DNA of 40,122 bases from positions 98,457 to 138,578 of the forward strand of contig JAYODI010000005.1 in NCBI GenBank assembly GCA_038279365.1. Reading direction: 5' to 3'. Origin of the DNA: Candidatus Latescibacterota bacterium (GTDB lineage: Bacteria > Latescibacterota > UBA2968). Shown here one piece after another: positions 14,014-25,164 of this stretch (positions are counted from its first letter, which is position 1; each line of letters opens with the position of its first letter). The translations under genes were made by a program, and so were the position numbers. The notes beneath the pieces are model-generated. The model was not told the origin of the DNA and searched no databases. It was given only the letters and a program-made list of their open reading frames with translations.

Positions 14014-14043
14014 TTGACGAACCCCTCACTCTACTGTTAAATT
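14014..14043 (+). promoter_or_regulatory. Sigma70-type promoter of the polyamine operon
   Basis: TTGACG (14014-14019), 18 nt, extended -10 TGnTAAATT (14035-14043). Confidence 0.55.
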
Positions 14044-14061
14044 AAACGTTTCAAATTCTCG

Positions 14062-14230
14062 CTGCGCCTTTTGTTTGCAAAAAGGCAGATGCCCTTTGCC
14101 ATGTTGATAGACAACATGCAAACCAACATCGCCTTTTAAAATGTAAATATTGTTTTATAGGCGCCATATCTCATTTTCAACATGGTCTGTTTTAAGCTGG
14201 TGTGGATGCCCGACCAGTATCCATAGGAGA
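14062..14230 (+). ncRNA. Candidate cis-regulatory leader RNA (riboswitch/attenuator-like), family not recognised
   Basis: Long hairpin 14080-14137, alternative pairings with 14066-14072 and 14159-14163, and a second copy of the core motif (14201-14225) abutting the SD. Confidence 0.5.
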
Positions 14231-14236
14231 CGTTCT

Positions 14237-14779
14237 ATGTACGTTGCATCAAAGATGTTCTTGACCCGTGGTGTTGGAAGACACAAAGAAAAATTGGTCA
14301 GTTTTGAAATGGCCCTTCGCGAAGCAGGCATTGCCGCGTTTAATATTGTAACGGTGTCGAGCATCTTTCCTCCAAATTGTGAAATCATACCCGTTTCAGA
14401 AGGGCTTAAAGAGTTGTCCGAAGGCCAAATTGTGCATGCGGTTGTGGCAAAAGAAGCCACCAATGAACACAGTCGCTTAGCTGCCGCCTCCATCGGTGTG
14501 GCAATCCCCCGCGACCGCAACAAATTTGGCTTCCTGTCAGAGCATCACTCTTTTGGCGAAGAAGAATTAGATGCAGGAAACTATGCCGAAGACCTTGCAG
14601 CACAAATGCTCGCAACCATTTTGGGGTTGGAGTTTGATGCCACAACAAATTACGACGAACGCAGAGAAGTCTATCAACTCAGCGAACAAATTGTCGAATC
14701 TATGCAAATTACACAAACCGCAGAAGGCATTGGTGGCCAATGGACCACCGTGCTGGCCGCAGCGATCCTTTTGCCTTAA
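14237..14779 (+). CDS. pdaD: Pyruvoyl-dependent arginine decarboxylase
   Basis: SFEMALREAGIAAFNIVTVSSIFPP with the Ser-Ser self-cleavage site; FLSEHH; SD AGGAG at 14225-14229 before ATG 14237. Confidence 0.9.
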   Translation: MYVASKMFLTRGVGRHKEKLVSFEMALREAGIAAFNIVTVSSIFPPNCEIIPVSEGLKELSEGQIVHAVVAKEATNEHSRLAAASIGVAIPRDRNKFGFLSEHHSFGEEELDAGNYAEDLAAQMLATILGLEFDATTNYDERREVYQLSEQIVESMQITQTAEGIGGQWTTVLAAAILLP

Positions 14780-14791
14780 TAAACGGTGCTC

Positions 14792-15880
14792 ATGAACACA
14801 ACCTCCAGAAATCAACGTATCTTACCACGCCCCATTACCTCATCGACCACACTCATTGAACTGGTCGATGAGGCTCTTCTTGCCTACAATGGTGCCCGTT
14901 TGCGCGAAGCCTGTCACTTGCTTGTGCGCAAAATGCTCGCCCCCGATGTCACTGTGGGGCTCTCGCTTACGGGCGCCCTTACACCTGCGGGCCTTGGTAT
15001 GTCAGCATTGTTACCCTTAATCCGTGCAGGTTTTGTAGACTGGATCGTGAGTACGGGTGCCAACCTCTATCACGACACCCACTTTGCTTTGGGCTTAGAG
15101 TTGCGCTCAGGCTCTCCAAACATAGATGATCGGGCCTTACGAGAACAACAAGTGGTGCGCATTTACGACATCTTATTTGATTACGATGTCCTCCTGCAAA
15201 CCGATGCTTTCTTTCGAGAAGTGATTGCCGCAGATGAATTTCAAACCACCATGTCTACAGCCGAGTTCCACTACCGCATAGGGCGCTATGTTCGCCAACG
15301 CGAGCTTGCACTCGGCAGCAGTCAGGTGAGCATACTCGGCGCAGCCTATGAGGCCGGTGTGCCCATTTACACATCTTCGCCTGGTGACAGTTCCATTGGC
15401 ATGAATGTGGCTCGTCATGCCCTTGAGGGCGGCCAATTGCGTTTGGATGTGGCCCTCGATGTCAATGAAACTGCGGCCATTGTTCTCGATGCCAAACGCA
15501 AAGGGCGCAGTGCCGTATGGATTCTCGGTGGTGGCTCACCCAAAAACTTCATTTTACAAACAGAACCACAAATTCAAGAAGTACTCGGCATTGACGAACG
15601 CGGCCACGACTATTTTATGCAAATTACCGATGCACGCCCAGACACCGGCGGCTTGTCTGGCGCAACGCCATCAGAGGCCGTAACTTGGGGCAAAGTAGAT
15701 CCCGATCAGTTGCCCAATGCCATTACCTGTTACACAGACAGCACCATTGCCCTCCCCATTATGACGGCCTATGCACTACAAAGCCATGCACCCCGTCCAT
15801 TGCGTCGTCTATATGACCACCGCGCCGAAATGATGGAACACCTCAAAACAACTTTCCAAGCGTCTCAGGCATCGCAATGA
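14792..15880 (+). CDS. Deoxyhypusine-synthase-like protein (probable homospermidine biosynthesis enzyme, SpeY-like)
   Basis: [44 protein letters not shown] with the catalytic Lys; lies between the decarboxylase and agmatinase. Confidence 0.88.
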   Translation: MNTTSRNQRILPRPITSSTTLIELVDEALLAYNGARLREACHLLVRKMLAPDVTVGLSLTGALTPAGLGMSALLPLIRAGFVDWIVSTGANLYHDTHFALGLELRSGSPNIDDRALREQQVVRIYDILFDYDVLLQTDAFFREVIAADEFQTTMSTAEFHYRIGRYVRQRELALGSSQVSILGAAYEAGVPIYTSSPGDSSIGMNVARHALEGGQLRLDVALDVNETAAIVLDAKRKGRSAVWILGGGSPKNFILQTEPQIQEVLGIDERGHDYFMQITDARPDTGGLSGATPSEAVTWGKVDPDQLPNAITCYTDSTIALPIMTAYALQSHAPRPLRRLYDHRAEMMEHLKTTFQASQASQ

Positions 15881-16791
15881 ACTTCATGCAAGCCAAAGAA
15901 GGCTTTCTTGGCCTTGACGACCAATGGACACATCCAGAATTGGCCAAAGCGGTCATCTTGCCCGTGCCTTACGAACAGACCACCAGTTATGGTAGCGGAA
16001 CGGCACACGGGCCAATGGCACTCATAAACGCCTCTCATCAGGTAGAACTCTACGACGAAGAATTGGACACAGAACCCTACCAGCAATGGCAAGGGGTGGC
16101 CACAGCAGAGCCCTTACAATTGGATAACCTGCAAGATGACAACGCAATCACATATATTGCCCAACAGGCTGGAGAGCTTGTCGCCAAAAACAAATTGGTT
16201 GTAGGCTTAGGTGGCGAACACACCGTTACCGCAGGGCTCATCGCTGCCCAAGTGCAAAAAAACCCGTCCTTCACCGTACTCCAAATTGATGCCCACACCG
16301 ACCTACGCGAAAGTTATGAGGGCAACCGATGGTCGCACGCCAGCGTAATGGCAAGGGTGCGTGACCTCAACCTATCCACTGTTGCCGTGGGCATTCGCAG
16401 CCAGTGTACTGAAGAAGCCGACAAAATTCGCAGTGAACGCTTGCCCGTATGGTATGCACATGATTTGCGCATCAGAGCTTTGCAAGATGGCTGGAACAGT
16501 TGGTTTGATGAGGTCATTGCCCAATTGGGAGATACGGTTTATATCACCATTGATGTAGACGGTTTTGATCCATCCATTATTCCCGCCACAGGCACACCCG
16601 AACCCGGTGGTTTGTTGTGGCACGAGGTATTGGGTCTGTTACGTCAAGTTTGCATACAACGCCAAGTGATCGCCTTCGATGTGGTTGAACTGGCCCCAAC
16701 TTCAAGTTCTCACCACTCAGAATTTACGGCCGCCAAACTGACCTACAAAATGCTGGGTTACATCGCAACAGGAAAACAAACCTTTATTTAG
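15877..16791 (+). CDS. speB: Agmatinase (ureohydrolase)
   Basis: [29 protein letters not shown] overlap with the upstream gene. Confidence 0.9.
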   Translation: MNFMQAKEGFLGLDDQWTHPELAKAVILPVPYEQTTSYGSGTAHGPMALINASHQVELYDEELDTEPYQQWQGVATAEPLQLDNLQDDNAITYIAQQAGELVAKNKLVVGLGGEHTVTAGLIAAQVQKNPSFTVLQIDAHTDLRESYEGNRWSHASVMARVRDLNLSTVAVGIRSQCTEEADKIRSERLPVWYAHDLRIRALQDGWNSWFDEVIAQLGDTVYITIDVDGFDPSIIPATGTPEPGGLLWHEVLGLLRQVCIQRQVIAFDVVELAPTSSSHHSEFTAAKLTYKMLGYIATGKQTFI

Positions 16792-16839
16792 AAATAAGAG
16801 CAACGCTTGCATAAACCAGATTTTGAAGTTGACAAACTT

Positions 16840-16883
16840 GAAATAAAAATCCCGATGGTATGAACCATCGGGATTTTTATTTC
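16840..16883. terminator. Bidirectional intrinsic terminator
   Basis: Perfect 20-bp inverted repeat gaaataaaaatcccgatggt-atga-accatcgggatttttatttc between convergent speB and amt-kinase. Confidence 0.9.
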
Positions 16884-16888
16884 TGCTG

Positions 16889-19800
16889 TCATTTCACAAC
16901 ACTTAAAACACGGTGTAATGCTTGTCCTAGTCTTTCAAGGCTTAATGGCTTTTCAAGATACCCATCGTGATCTTTTACATTGTCACGACTTGTCTCGCCA
17001 ATAGGATAACCAGTCATCAGCAAAACGGGCAACTCGGGTCGTTTTTGTTTGATCGCCTTCAACAATTCTATGCCATTCATTTCTGGCATCACAACATCTG
17101 TTAAAATAGCATCAATATCGGCATGATATTTTTCATACTGCCCCAAAGCATCCTGCCCATTAAATGCCGGAATGATACGATAATTAAGTTGTCGCAACAT
17201 CCCTTCTGTTGCCTGTCGCACCGAAAAATCATCTTCAACCAACAAAACGGTCTCACCTTGTCCTTTTGGCGCTTCACCCACTTGTTCGGTATTTTTGACA
17301 TTCTTATCTTCTGAATCTGGCAAATAAATATAAAACGTTGTGCCTTGTCCTATTCCCGTTTCAATATCAATAAAACCATTGTGCTGCTTAACAATACCAT
17401 AAACTTGGGCCATTCCCAAACCCGTACCTTTTCCAACATCCTTGGTCGTAAAAAAAGGTTCAAAAATATGATTCAAAACATCATCTGAAATGCCAGTCCC
17501 CGTATCAGAAAGACTCACAAGTGACCATCGCCCCAAAGGCATATCTGCCAATGGTGGCTTGGTCTCATGATCAAAAACAACATATTTTAACGAAATATGA
17601 AGCTTGCCACCATCGGGCATCGCATCACGCGCATTTACAGCCAAATTGGTCAAAACCTGTTGCAATTGCGTGGGGTTTGCAACCACCACATGGTCATCAC
17701 CTTCTATATCTGAATCAATTTCTATCGACTCAGGTAAAATGCGTTGCAACAAACGTACCATCTCTTTAAAAAAGGGGATCAATGCCATCGGGTGGCGTTC
17801 TGCAACGGACTTTCGGCTAAAGTCCAAAATTTGCCTCACAAGCTGCGCGGCCCGATCGCCTTGAGAATAGATACGCTGCAGAATTTCTTTTGCCGGCTCA
17901 GGCATATCTGACCGCAATTCCAAAAGCTGCGCAAAACCATTAATTCCGGTCAACAAATTATTAAAATCATGTGCAATGCCTGCCGCCAATTGCCCCACAG
18001 CAGCCAAACGATCTTGTTGTTGTGCACGCTCTTGCATATCGCGCTCGGCTGTTACATTGCGAATAATAACAACCCACCCACCCCCTCTAATATGCTCAGT
18101 TAAAGCGCGACCATAAATTTCAAATGTATATGTTTCTTCCGTTACCTCAACCATCACTTCTTGTAAACGATGGCCAGATTGTCCCATCAATATATCTACC
18201 AAAGCCCGATCACCAATCCATTCCAAACGCTCACCAATATCGACCAAACATCCCAGTACATTTAAACATGTACGCCCCTCTTGATTAACCATCATCAATT
18301 CCAAATGTTCACTCAACAAACACACACCATCGGGTTGGTGTTCAATCATACTTCGCAAACGCGCTTCGCTGTTACGCAACTGTTCTTCTGCGTGTTTGCG
18401 CTCCGTAATATCGCGAAATGTGCTGGTATAGAACAATTCACCACCAGCTTCTACTTCGGTCACAACAACCTCTACAGGAAACCGTGAACCATCTATCCGT
18501 TTTCCAATAATTTCTTCTACACTCAACGCATCATCATTGACCAACCGAATAAAAGTTTGTCGATCTTCATCACGCGATAAAAATGTCGTAATGGGCATAC
18601 CAATCAAACTTCCCCCTGGTCCTTGAAACATCATTTCTGCACTGGGGTTTGCCGAAATAACAGCCATAGAATCTTTGGCAAATGTAATAATGCCATCTTT
18701 CGCAGTGCGAACAATAGCATCAATTTTCGCCACCGATTCTTCCAACGAATTCATGACCAAATTATAACGTTTGGCAATTTGTCCAATTTCCGTAAAAGGC
18801 TCAACAGGAACCCGCAAGCTCAAATCTTGTGAATGAGCCTGCAATTCCATAATATTTAACAAATCTAAAATCTCTGTCGTTGCCTTGTGTTCAACCACAT
18901 TTAAACCCAATTGTTCATCCTCACTTGATACGCGCAGAGGATAAATACGATTGATCACTTTAAACAAAAAATAAGTTGAAAGAAAAGACCATATAAAACA
19001 CACCAACACACCCAAACCTTGTACACCTAATTGTGTCAGACGGTCTAAACCCGTGTCGAGCATTTCCAAATTGCCAAAAAACCCTACCGCCAAAGTCCCC
19101 CAAATACCAGCCCCCAAATGTACGGGCACAGCCCCCACTGCATCGTCTATGCCAAATCTTTCTAAGAGCTTTGTTGAAACTGCCATAACAACAGCTCCTA
19201 TCGCACCAATAATCACAGCCTCGGGTGTATCTACAACATGGCAATTTGCAGTAATTGCCACCAACCCTGCCAAAGCACCGTTCATGGCCAAATCGACAAC
19301 CGAATAATCATAAAAAAATTGGCCAATCATAAGCCCCATACACAACCCTGCACCACCGGCAATCATCGTATTAAATACAATACCAGGCACTTTATCGTTC
19401 ATGGCCAACGTGCTGCCACCATTAAACCCAATCCACCCAAACCAAATCAGCAGCATACCCAACAAAGCCAAAGGCACATAACTGCCAGGTATTGTTTTGG
19501 GTGCTTCTCCCTTAACAAATCGCCCCAAACGTGGACCAATAATCAACAAAACGGCCAATGCTGCCCCACCTCCCACACTATGCACAACCGAAGATCCTGC
19601 AAAATCAACAAAACCCAATGCGCCCAACCACCCCGAGTCGCCCACATAAGCGCCTCCCCAAGCCCAATGCCCAAACATGGGGTAAATAAAAGCTGAAACC
19701 ACTATTGAAATCAAAAAATAAGCATTAAAACGCAACCGTTCGGCAACCGCCCCCGAAATGATGGTCACTGCCGTACCACAAAACATCACTTGAAACAAAA

Positions 19801-20077
19801 AAAATGTGGCCAACCACGATGTTTCAGCATACACAGACACAAAAAAGTGGTCGGTGCCAAACCAACCACTTTGCGAAGTACCAAACATGATCGCAAATCC
19901 AAACGCCCAAAACAGCAACATCGACAAACCAAAATCAGCAATATTTTTAAGTGCCACATTGATAGAGTTTTTGGTTCGGGTAAGCCCTGCCTCCAAGCAC
20001 AAAAAACCCGCTTGCATCATAAACACCAAGCCACAGCTTACCAAAACCCACAAAATATCTATTTGGCTTTTCACCAT
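16889..20077 (-). CDS. Ammonium transporter (Amt) fused to HAMP-like, two PAS, histidine kinase and receiver domains
   Basis: Amt: FMMQAGF..LEAG, FQVMF, HWAW, DFAGSSVVH, WFGWIGFNGGS, DDAVGAVPVH; kinase: GIAHDFNNLL, NLAVNARDAM, DTGTG, FEPFFTTK, GTGLG; receiver: VEDD, TDVVMP, EKP. Confidence 0.92.
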   Translation of the reverse strand: MVKSQIDILWVLVSCGLVFMMQAGFLCLEAGLTRTKNSINVALKNIADFGLSMLLFWAFGFAIMFGTSQSGWFGTDHFFVSVYAETSWLATFFLFQVMFCGTAVTIISGAVAERLRFNAYFLISIVVSAFIYPMFGHWAWGGAYVGDSGWLGALGFVDFAGSSVVHSVGGGAALAVLLIIGPRLGRFVKGEAPKTIPGSYVPLALLGMLLIWFGWIGFNGGSTLAMNDKVPGIVFNTMIAGGAGLCMGLMIGQFFYDYSVVDLAMNGALAGLVAITANCHVVDTPEAVIIGAIGAVVMAVSTKLLERFGIDDAVGAVPVHLGAGIWGTLAVGFFGNLEMLDTGLDRLTQLGVQGLGVLVCFIWSFLSTYFLFKVINRIYPLRVSSEDEQLGLNVVEHKATTEILDLLNIMELQAHSQDLSLRVPVEPFTEIGQIAKRYNLVMNSLEESVAKIDAIVRTAKDGIITFAKDSMAVISANPSAEMMFQGPGGSLIGMPITTFLSRDEDRQTFIRLVNDDALSVEEIIGKRIDGSRFPVEVVVTEVEAGGELFYTSTFRDITERKHAEEQLRNSEARLRSMIEHQPDGVCLLSEHLELMMVNQEGRTCLNVLGCLVDIGERLEWIGDRALVDILMGQSGHRLQEVMVEVTEETYTFEIYGRALTEHIRGGGWVVIIRNVTAERDMQERAQQQDRLAAVGQLAAGIAHDFNNLLTGINGFAQLLELRSDMPEPAKEILQRIYSQGDRAAQLVRQILDFSRKSVAERHPMALIPFFKEMVRLLQRILPESIEIDSDIEGDDHVVVANPTQLQQVLTNLAVNARDAMPDGGKLHISLKYVVFDHETKPPLADMPLGRWSLVSLSDTGTGISDDVLNHIFEPFFTTKDVGKGTGLGMAQVYGIVKQHNGFIDIETGIGQGTTFYIYLPDSEDKNVKNTEQVGEAPKGQGETVLLVEDDFSVRQATEGMLRQLNYRIIPAFNGQDALGQYEKYHADIDAILTDVVMPEMNGIELLKAIKQKRPELPVLLMTGYPIGETSRDNVKDHDGYLEKPLSLERLGQALHRVLSVVK

Positions 20078-20100
20078 GTACCAATCATCCCAATTAAAAT

Positions 20101-21153
20101 TTATTTGTCTAAACCCAAATCCAACATTTTGGGGCCATCCAAAATATAATCGTCTGTTTTAAGCTCATCCAAATCTTTCAACCGTTGGGTTACTTTGGCG
20201 ATACGCTTCACTTCTTGCTCGATCAATTGCAACCGTTCACGCACCTTATCGCTCAGCCCATCTGGTGACAACAACAACATCTGTGCCGCACCCAAAATAG
20301 TCGTCAGTGGGTTATTGACCTCATGGTTTACGGTAATGGCCGTTTCTTTAACAGCCTGCAAGCGTTCAGCAACAATCTCCACTTCGCGCAGCTCTGCCTC
20401 TAAGCGCACCCGCTCGGTTACATCTTCACACACTTGAATGGCACCAATAACATGCCCATTTTGGTCTTTTAATGGCGTCACCTCTACCGATAAGATCAAA
20501 TCACCATCGGGCGTATCATAAACACGACGTGCTTCTTCATAGGTTTTACCCTCTCCCAATACCGTATCGGTAATTTGCTCCCACCTATCGGCCGGATCAT
20601 TGGGCACCAGCTCAGCCATAGGCATACCAATGGCTTCTACCCAACTTAACCAAACACCCAATCGCTGCAAAAACAGCTCCTGCTTGCGATTCATATTGGT
20701 AATGCGCATTTCACGATTGAGCACAATAACACCCAATTGCACATTGTTCAATATATCTTCCAAAAATCGTCGTGCAGTTTCTCGGGTCTCTTCAAATTGG
20801 ATCTGTTGTGTCATATCGTGAAACAAAACCAAAAAAGATCGCTCTTCACCTCGCCCCAAAGCACCCATACTGACCTCATACGTACGCCCAGTGCGTTCCC
20901 ATCGAAAGTGCGCATCACTGCCCGGACGACGCAGTCTATCTATTGTATTTTTTAATTCTGAGACCAAACTATGATCACCTAATAAAACATCTTTAAGTGC
21001 CACCAAATCTTCAGGACTTGGATCGCGGTGTGGGCGCACCCCAAAAACAGAAAACCCCTTACGACTGCACGCAAGGGGAATCAATGTGTGATCAATCACA
21101 ATTAGAGCACAAGGCGCATATAAAATAGTTTCTTCATTTATATTCACAAACAT
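20101..21153 (-). CDS. PAS-domain protein with a HisKA/DHp helix pair but no ATPase domain
   Basis: PAS/PAC (ILNNVQLGVIVLN...TPLKDQNGHVIGAIQVCEDVTER), H-box NHEVNNPLTTI, stop ~65 aa later; alternative TTG start at 21165. Confidence 0.8.
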   Translation of the reverse strand: MFVNINEETILYAPCALIVIDHTLIPLACSRKGFSVFGVRPHRDPSPEDLVALKDVLLGDHSLVSELKNTIDRLRRPGSDAHFRWERTGRTYEVSMGALGRGEERSFLVLFHDMTQQIQFEETRETARRFLEDILNNVQLGVIVLNREMRITNMNRKQELFLQRLGVWLSWVEAIGMPMAELVPNDPADRWEQITDTVLGEGKTYEEARRVYDTPDGDLILSVEVTPLKDQNGHVIGAIQVCEDVTERVRLEAELREVEIVAERLQAVKETAITVNHEVNNPLTTILGAAQMLLLSPDGLSDKVRERLQLIEQEVKRIAKVTQRLKDLDELKTDDYILDGPKMLDLGLDK

Positions 21154-21188
21154 CCCACCAATCAAACAGGTCTATCTAAAATTTTTAC

Positions 21189-22007
21189 TTAACGAATCAT
21201 ATCTCGCAACTCATCCATCATCTCTTCCATAATCTCTTTCACATCGTCTACATCCAACTTCATCAGTTTCATAGCCTCTTCAGACAAAACAGGAATACGT
21301 CGATCACCACCAGAACCAAATCCTTCGGCACGCACCAAAATGTCTGCCAAGTGTACCACACCCGTTCTGAGTGCGTGAGTGCGCGAAGGATGAAAATCGT
21401 GATGATACATAATGGGTTCTACCAATTGACTGGGCAATTGCCATTGATCAAGCAACCACCCCCCTACAGTGGCATGGGTAATTTCCATGACTTCTTCTTC
21501 TGCTTTATAAAACAACATATCTTTTTTATTTACCAAATCCAATATGGGTTCAAATGCTTCTTTGACATGGGCTTCTAAGACCACCTTTCCCAAATCGTGT
21601 AACAAACCAATCACACTAATTTCTTCGGGATCGTCCAAATCTAAAAAACGAGCAATAATCGCACACGTTCTTGCGCAAGCCAAAGAGTGTTGCCAAAGCC
21701 CAGCCATAGAATTAGACATCATGTCCAGTACAGAAGTCGACAACACCAGTGTCTTGACCACATTAAAACCCAGCAACACCATGGCATGTTGAATGGTAGA
21801 TATCGGTTGTGAAAACCCATAAAAACCCGAATTGACCAACTTCAATACTTTAGCAGAAAGAACCTGATCTTTTTCTATTTCCCGCCCCACCTCAGCCGCT
21901 GTCGTATCTGGATCATCCAACATTTTTGTAATGCGTGTAACAGACCCCGGCAACGTGGGTAGCGACGTTACTTTTTCAACCATGCGCCGCATTTCACTGC
22001 GATCCAT
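21189..22007 (-). CDS. HDOD-domain protein
   Basis: LPTLP, DQVLSAKVLKLVNSGFYG, WQHSLACA, GLLHDLGK, HATVG..L..WQLP, YHH. Confidence 0.92.
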   Translation of the reverse strand: MDRSEMRRMVEKVTSLPTLPGSVTRITKMLDDPDTTAAEVGREIEKDQVLSAKVLKLVNSGFYGFSQPISTIQHAMVLLGFNVVKTLVLSTSVLDMMSNSMAGLWQHSLACARTCAIIARFLDLDDPEEISVIGLLHDLGKVVLEAHVKEAFEPILDLVNKKDMLFYKAEEEVMEITHATVGGWLLDQWQLPSQLVEPIMYHHDFHPSRTHALRTGVVHLADILVRAEGFGSGGDRRIPVLSEEAMKLMKLDVDDVKEIMEEMMDELRDMIR

Positions 22008-22012
22008 ATGTC

Positions 22013-22321
22013 TCAGTTCCCCTTACGCTGTAACAAATGTTCACGCGCTGTTTTTTTTATCGCCATCATCAGCTTGTTGTCTTCCAAACCTTCAAAACGG
22101 AAATCTAAGTCTTCGAGCAATTCATTTAAAGTTTTAGGAGGTGGCGCATTGGGGTCATCGCCTTCAACAACCACTTCGAGCACACCCATACGACGCATCT
22201 TTGCTATCATGGGCACAGATAATTTTGCCCCTTTGGGCAAAATCACCATGCCCCGATCGTTTTTAACCGGTTGGGCAACTTCGTCGCCAGGTTGGGCATC
22301 TTCTAAAAATATCTGTCGCAT
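22013..22321 (-). CDS. Small conserved hypothetical protein
   Basis: SD AGGAG upstream, tight spacing to HDOD; PGD.VA.PV....G.VIL..G..L pattern like N-terminal modules of HD-domain signalling proteins. Confidence 0.7.
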   Translation of the reverse strand: MRQIFLEDAQPGDEVAQPVKNDRGMVILPKGAKLSVPMIAKMRRMGVLEVVVEGDDPNAPPPKTLNELLEDLDFRFEGLEDNKLMMAIKKTAREHLLQRKGN

Positions 22322-22374
22322 CTTTTTCTCCTATAAACACCAAGCCCAACCCTTTTTAAGAAAAAAAGTCGTTA

Positions 22375-24521
<2,147 letters not shown>

Positions 24522-24558
24522 CTATTGAGTGGCTATCTACCTATGGAAACAGTTAATA

Positions 24559-24587
24559 AATATAGGGCTTGAGCCAATCGCGAGCAA
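24559..24587 (-). promoter_or_regulatory. Putative sigma70 promoter for eno
   Basis: Minus strand TTGCTC-17 nt-TATATT, ~110 nt upstream of the eno start. Confidence 0.45.
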
Positions 24588-24597
24588 GCACAAAGGC

Positions 24598-25155
24598 TTA
24601 AGCAACCTCTCCATTGAGCGTCTCTCGCAAATGACGCAAAGACACCATAACGTTTTGCATGCGCTTAGACATAATTTGGGCCAAACGATAGAGCACTTTA
24701 AAACCCATTTGAGGCTCCGTTTGAATCAGGTCAACCAAGTCGGACCTGAAAAACCCAATCAATTCACTCGATTCGGCAGTCACAATAGATGTAGACCGAG
24801 GCGCGTCATCTAACAAGGCAAACTCACCCAAAAGCTCCCCCACCCCTAAGGTGTCTAATACCAAATCTCGTGCACCCACCACATGGCGCACCACATGCAC
24901 GCGCCCCGAAACGACAGCAAACAACCCAGACCGTGGCGTAAAAGCGCGTATCACTGTTTCACCGGCCACAAAATAACGGCGGTGCACAATACGTTCCAAG
25001 GTGGCCAACTCACGCCAAGTGAGGGTATCAAAAACGGATAATTTTGCCATAATTTGAGGCAAATTAACCTTTTGGCGTTCTTGCCCTTCAAAACGACACC
25101 ATTCAGGATCATCCTCTTGTGCTAACAATGCACCCACTCCTTGACGCCATCGCAT
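24598..25155 (-). CDS. Cyclic-nucleotide-binding domain protein (no HTH)
   Basis: VVSGRV, phosphate-binding cassette GEFALLDDAPRST, C-helix then stop; start uncertain (25155 or 25161). Confidence 0.85.
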   Translation of the reverse strand: MRWRQGVGALLAQEDDPEWCRFEGQERQKVNLPQIMAKLSVFDTLTWRELATLERIVHRRYFVAGETVIRAFTPRSGLFAVVSGRVHVVRHVVGARDLVLDTLGVGELLGEFALLDDAPRSTSIVTAESSELIGFFRSDLVDLIQTEPQMGFKVLYRLAQIMSKRMQNVMVSLRHLRETLNGEVA

Positions 25156-25164
25156 CACCAAATA

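Noticed and set aside
14150-14236. 29-aa N-terminal extension of the arginine decarboxylase from TTG 14150
   Set aside because: Family-like sequence begins at MYVASK, which has a good SD; the upstream part is better read as leader
14792-15880. Hypusination of a translation factor by the DHS-like gene
   Set aside because: Flanked by decarboxylase and agmatinase, no efp nearby; polyamine synthesis is more economical
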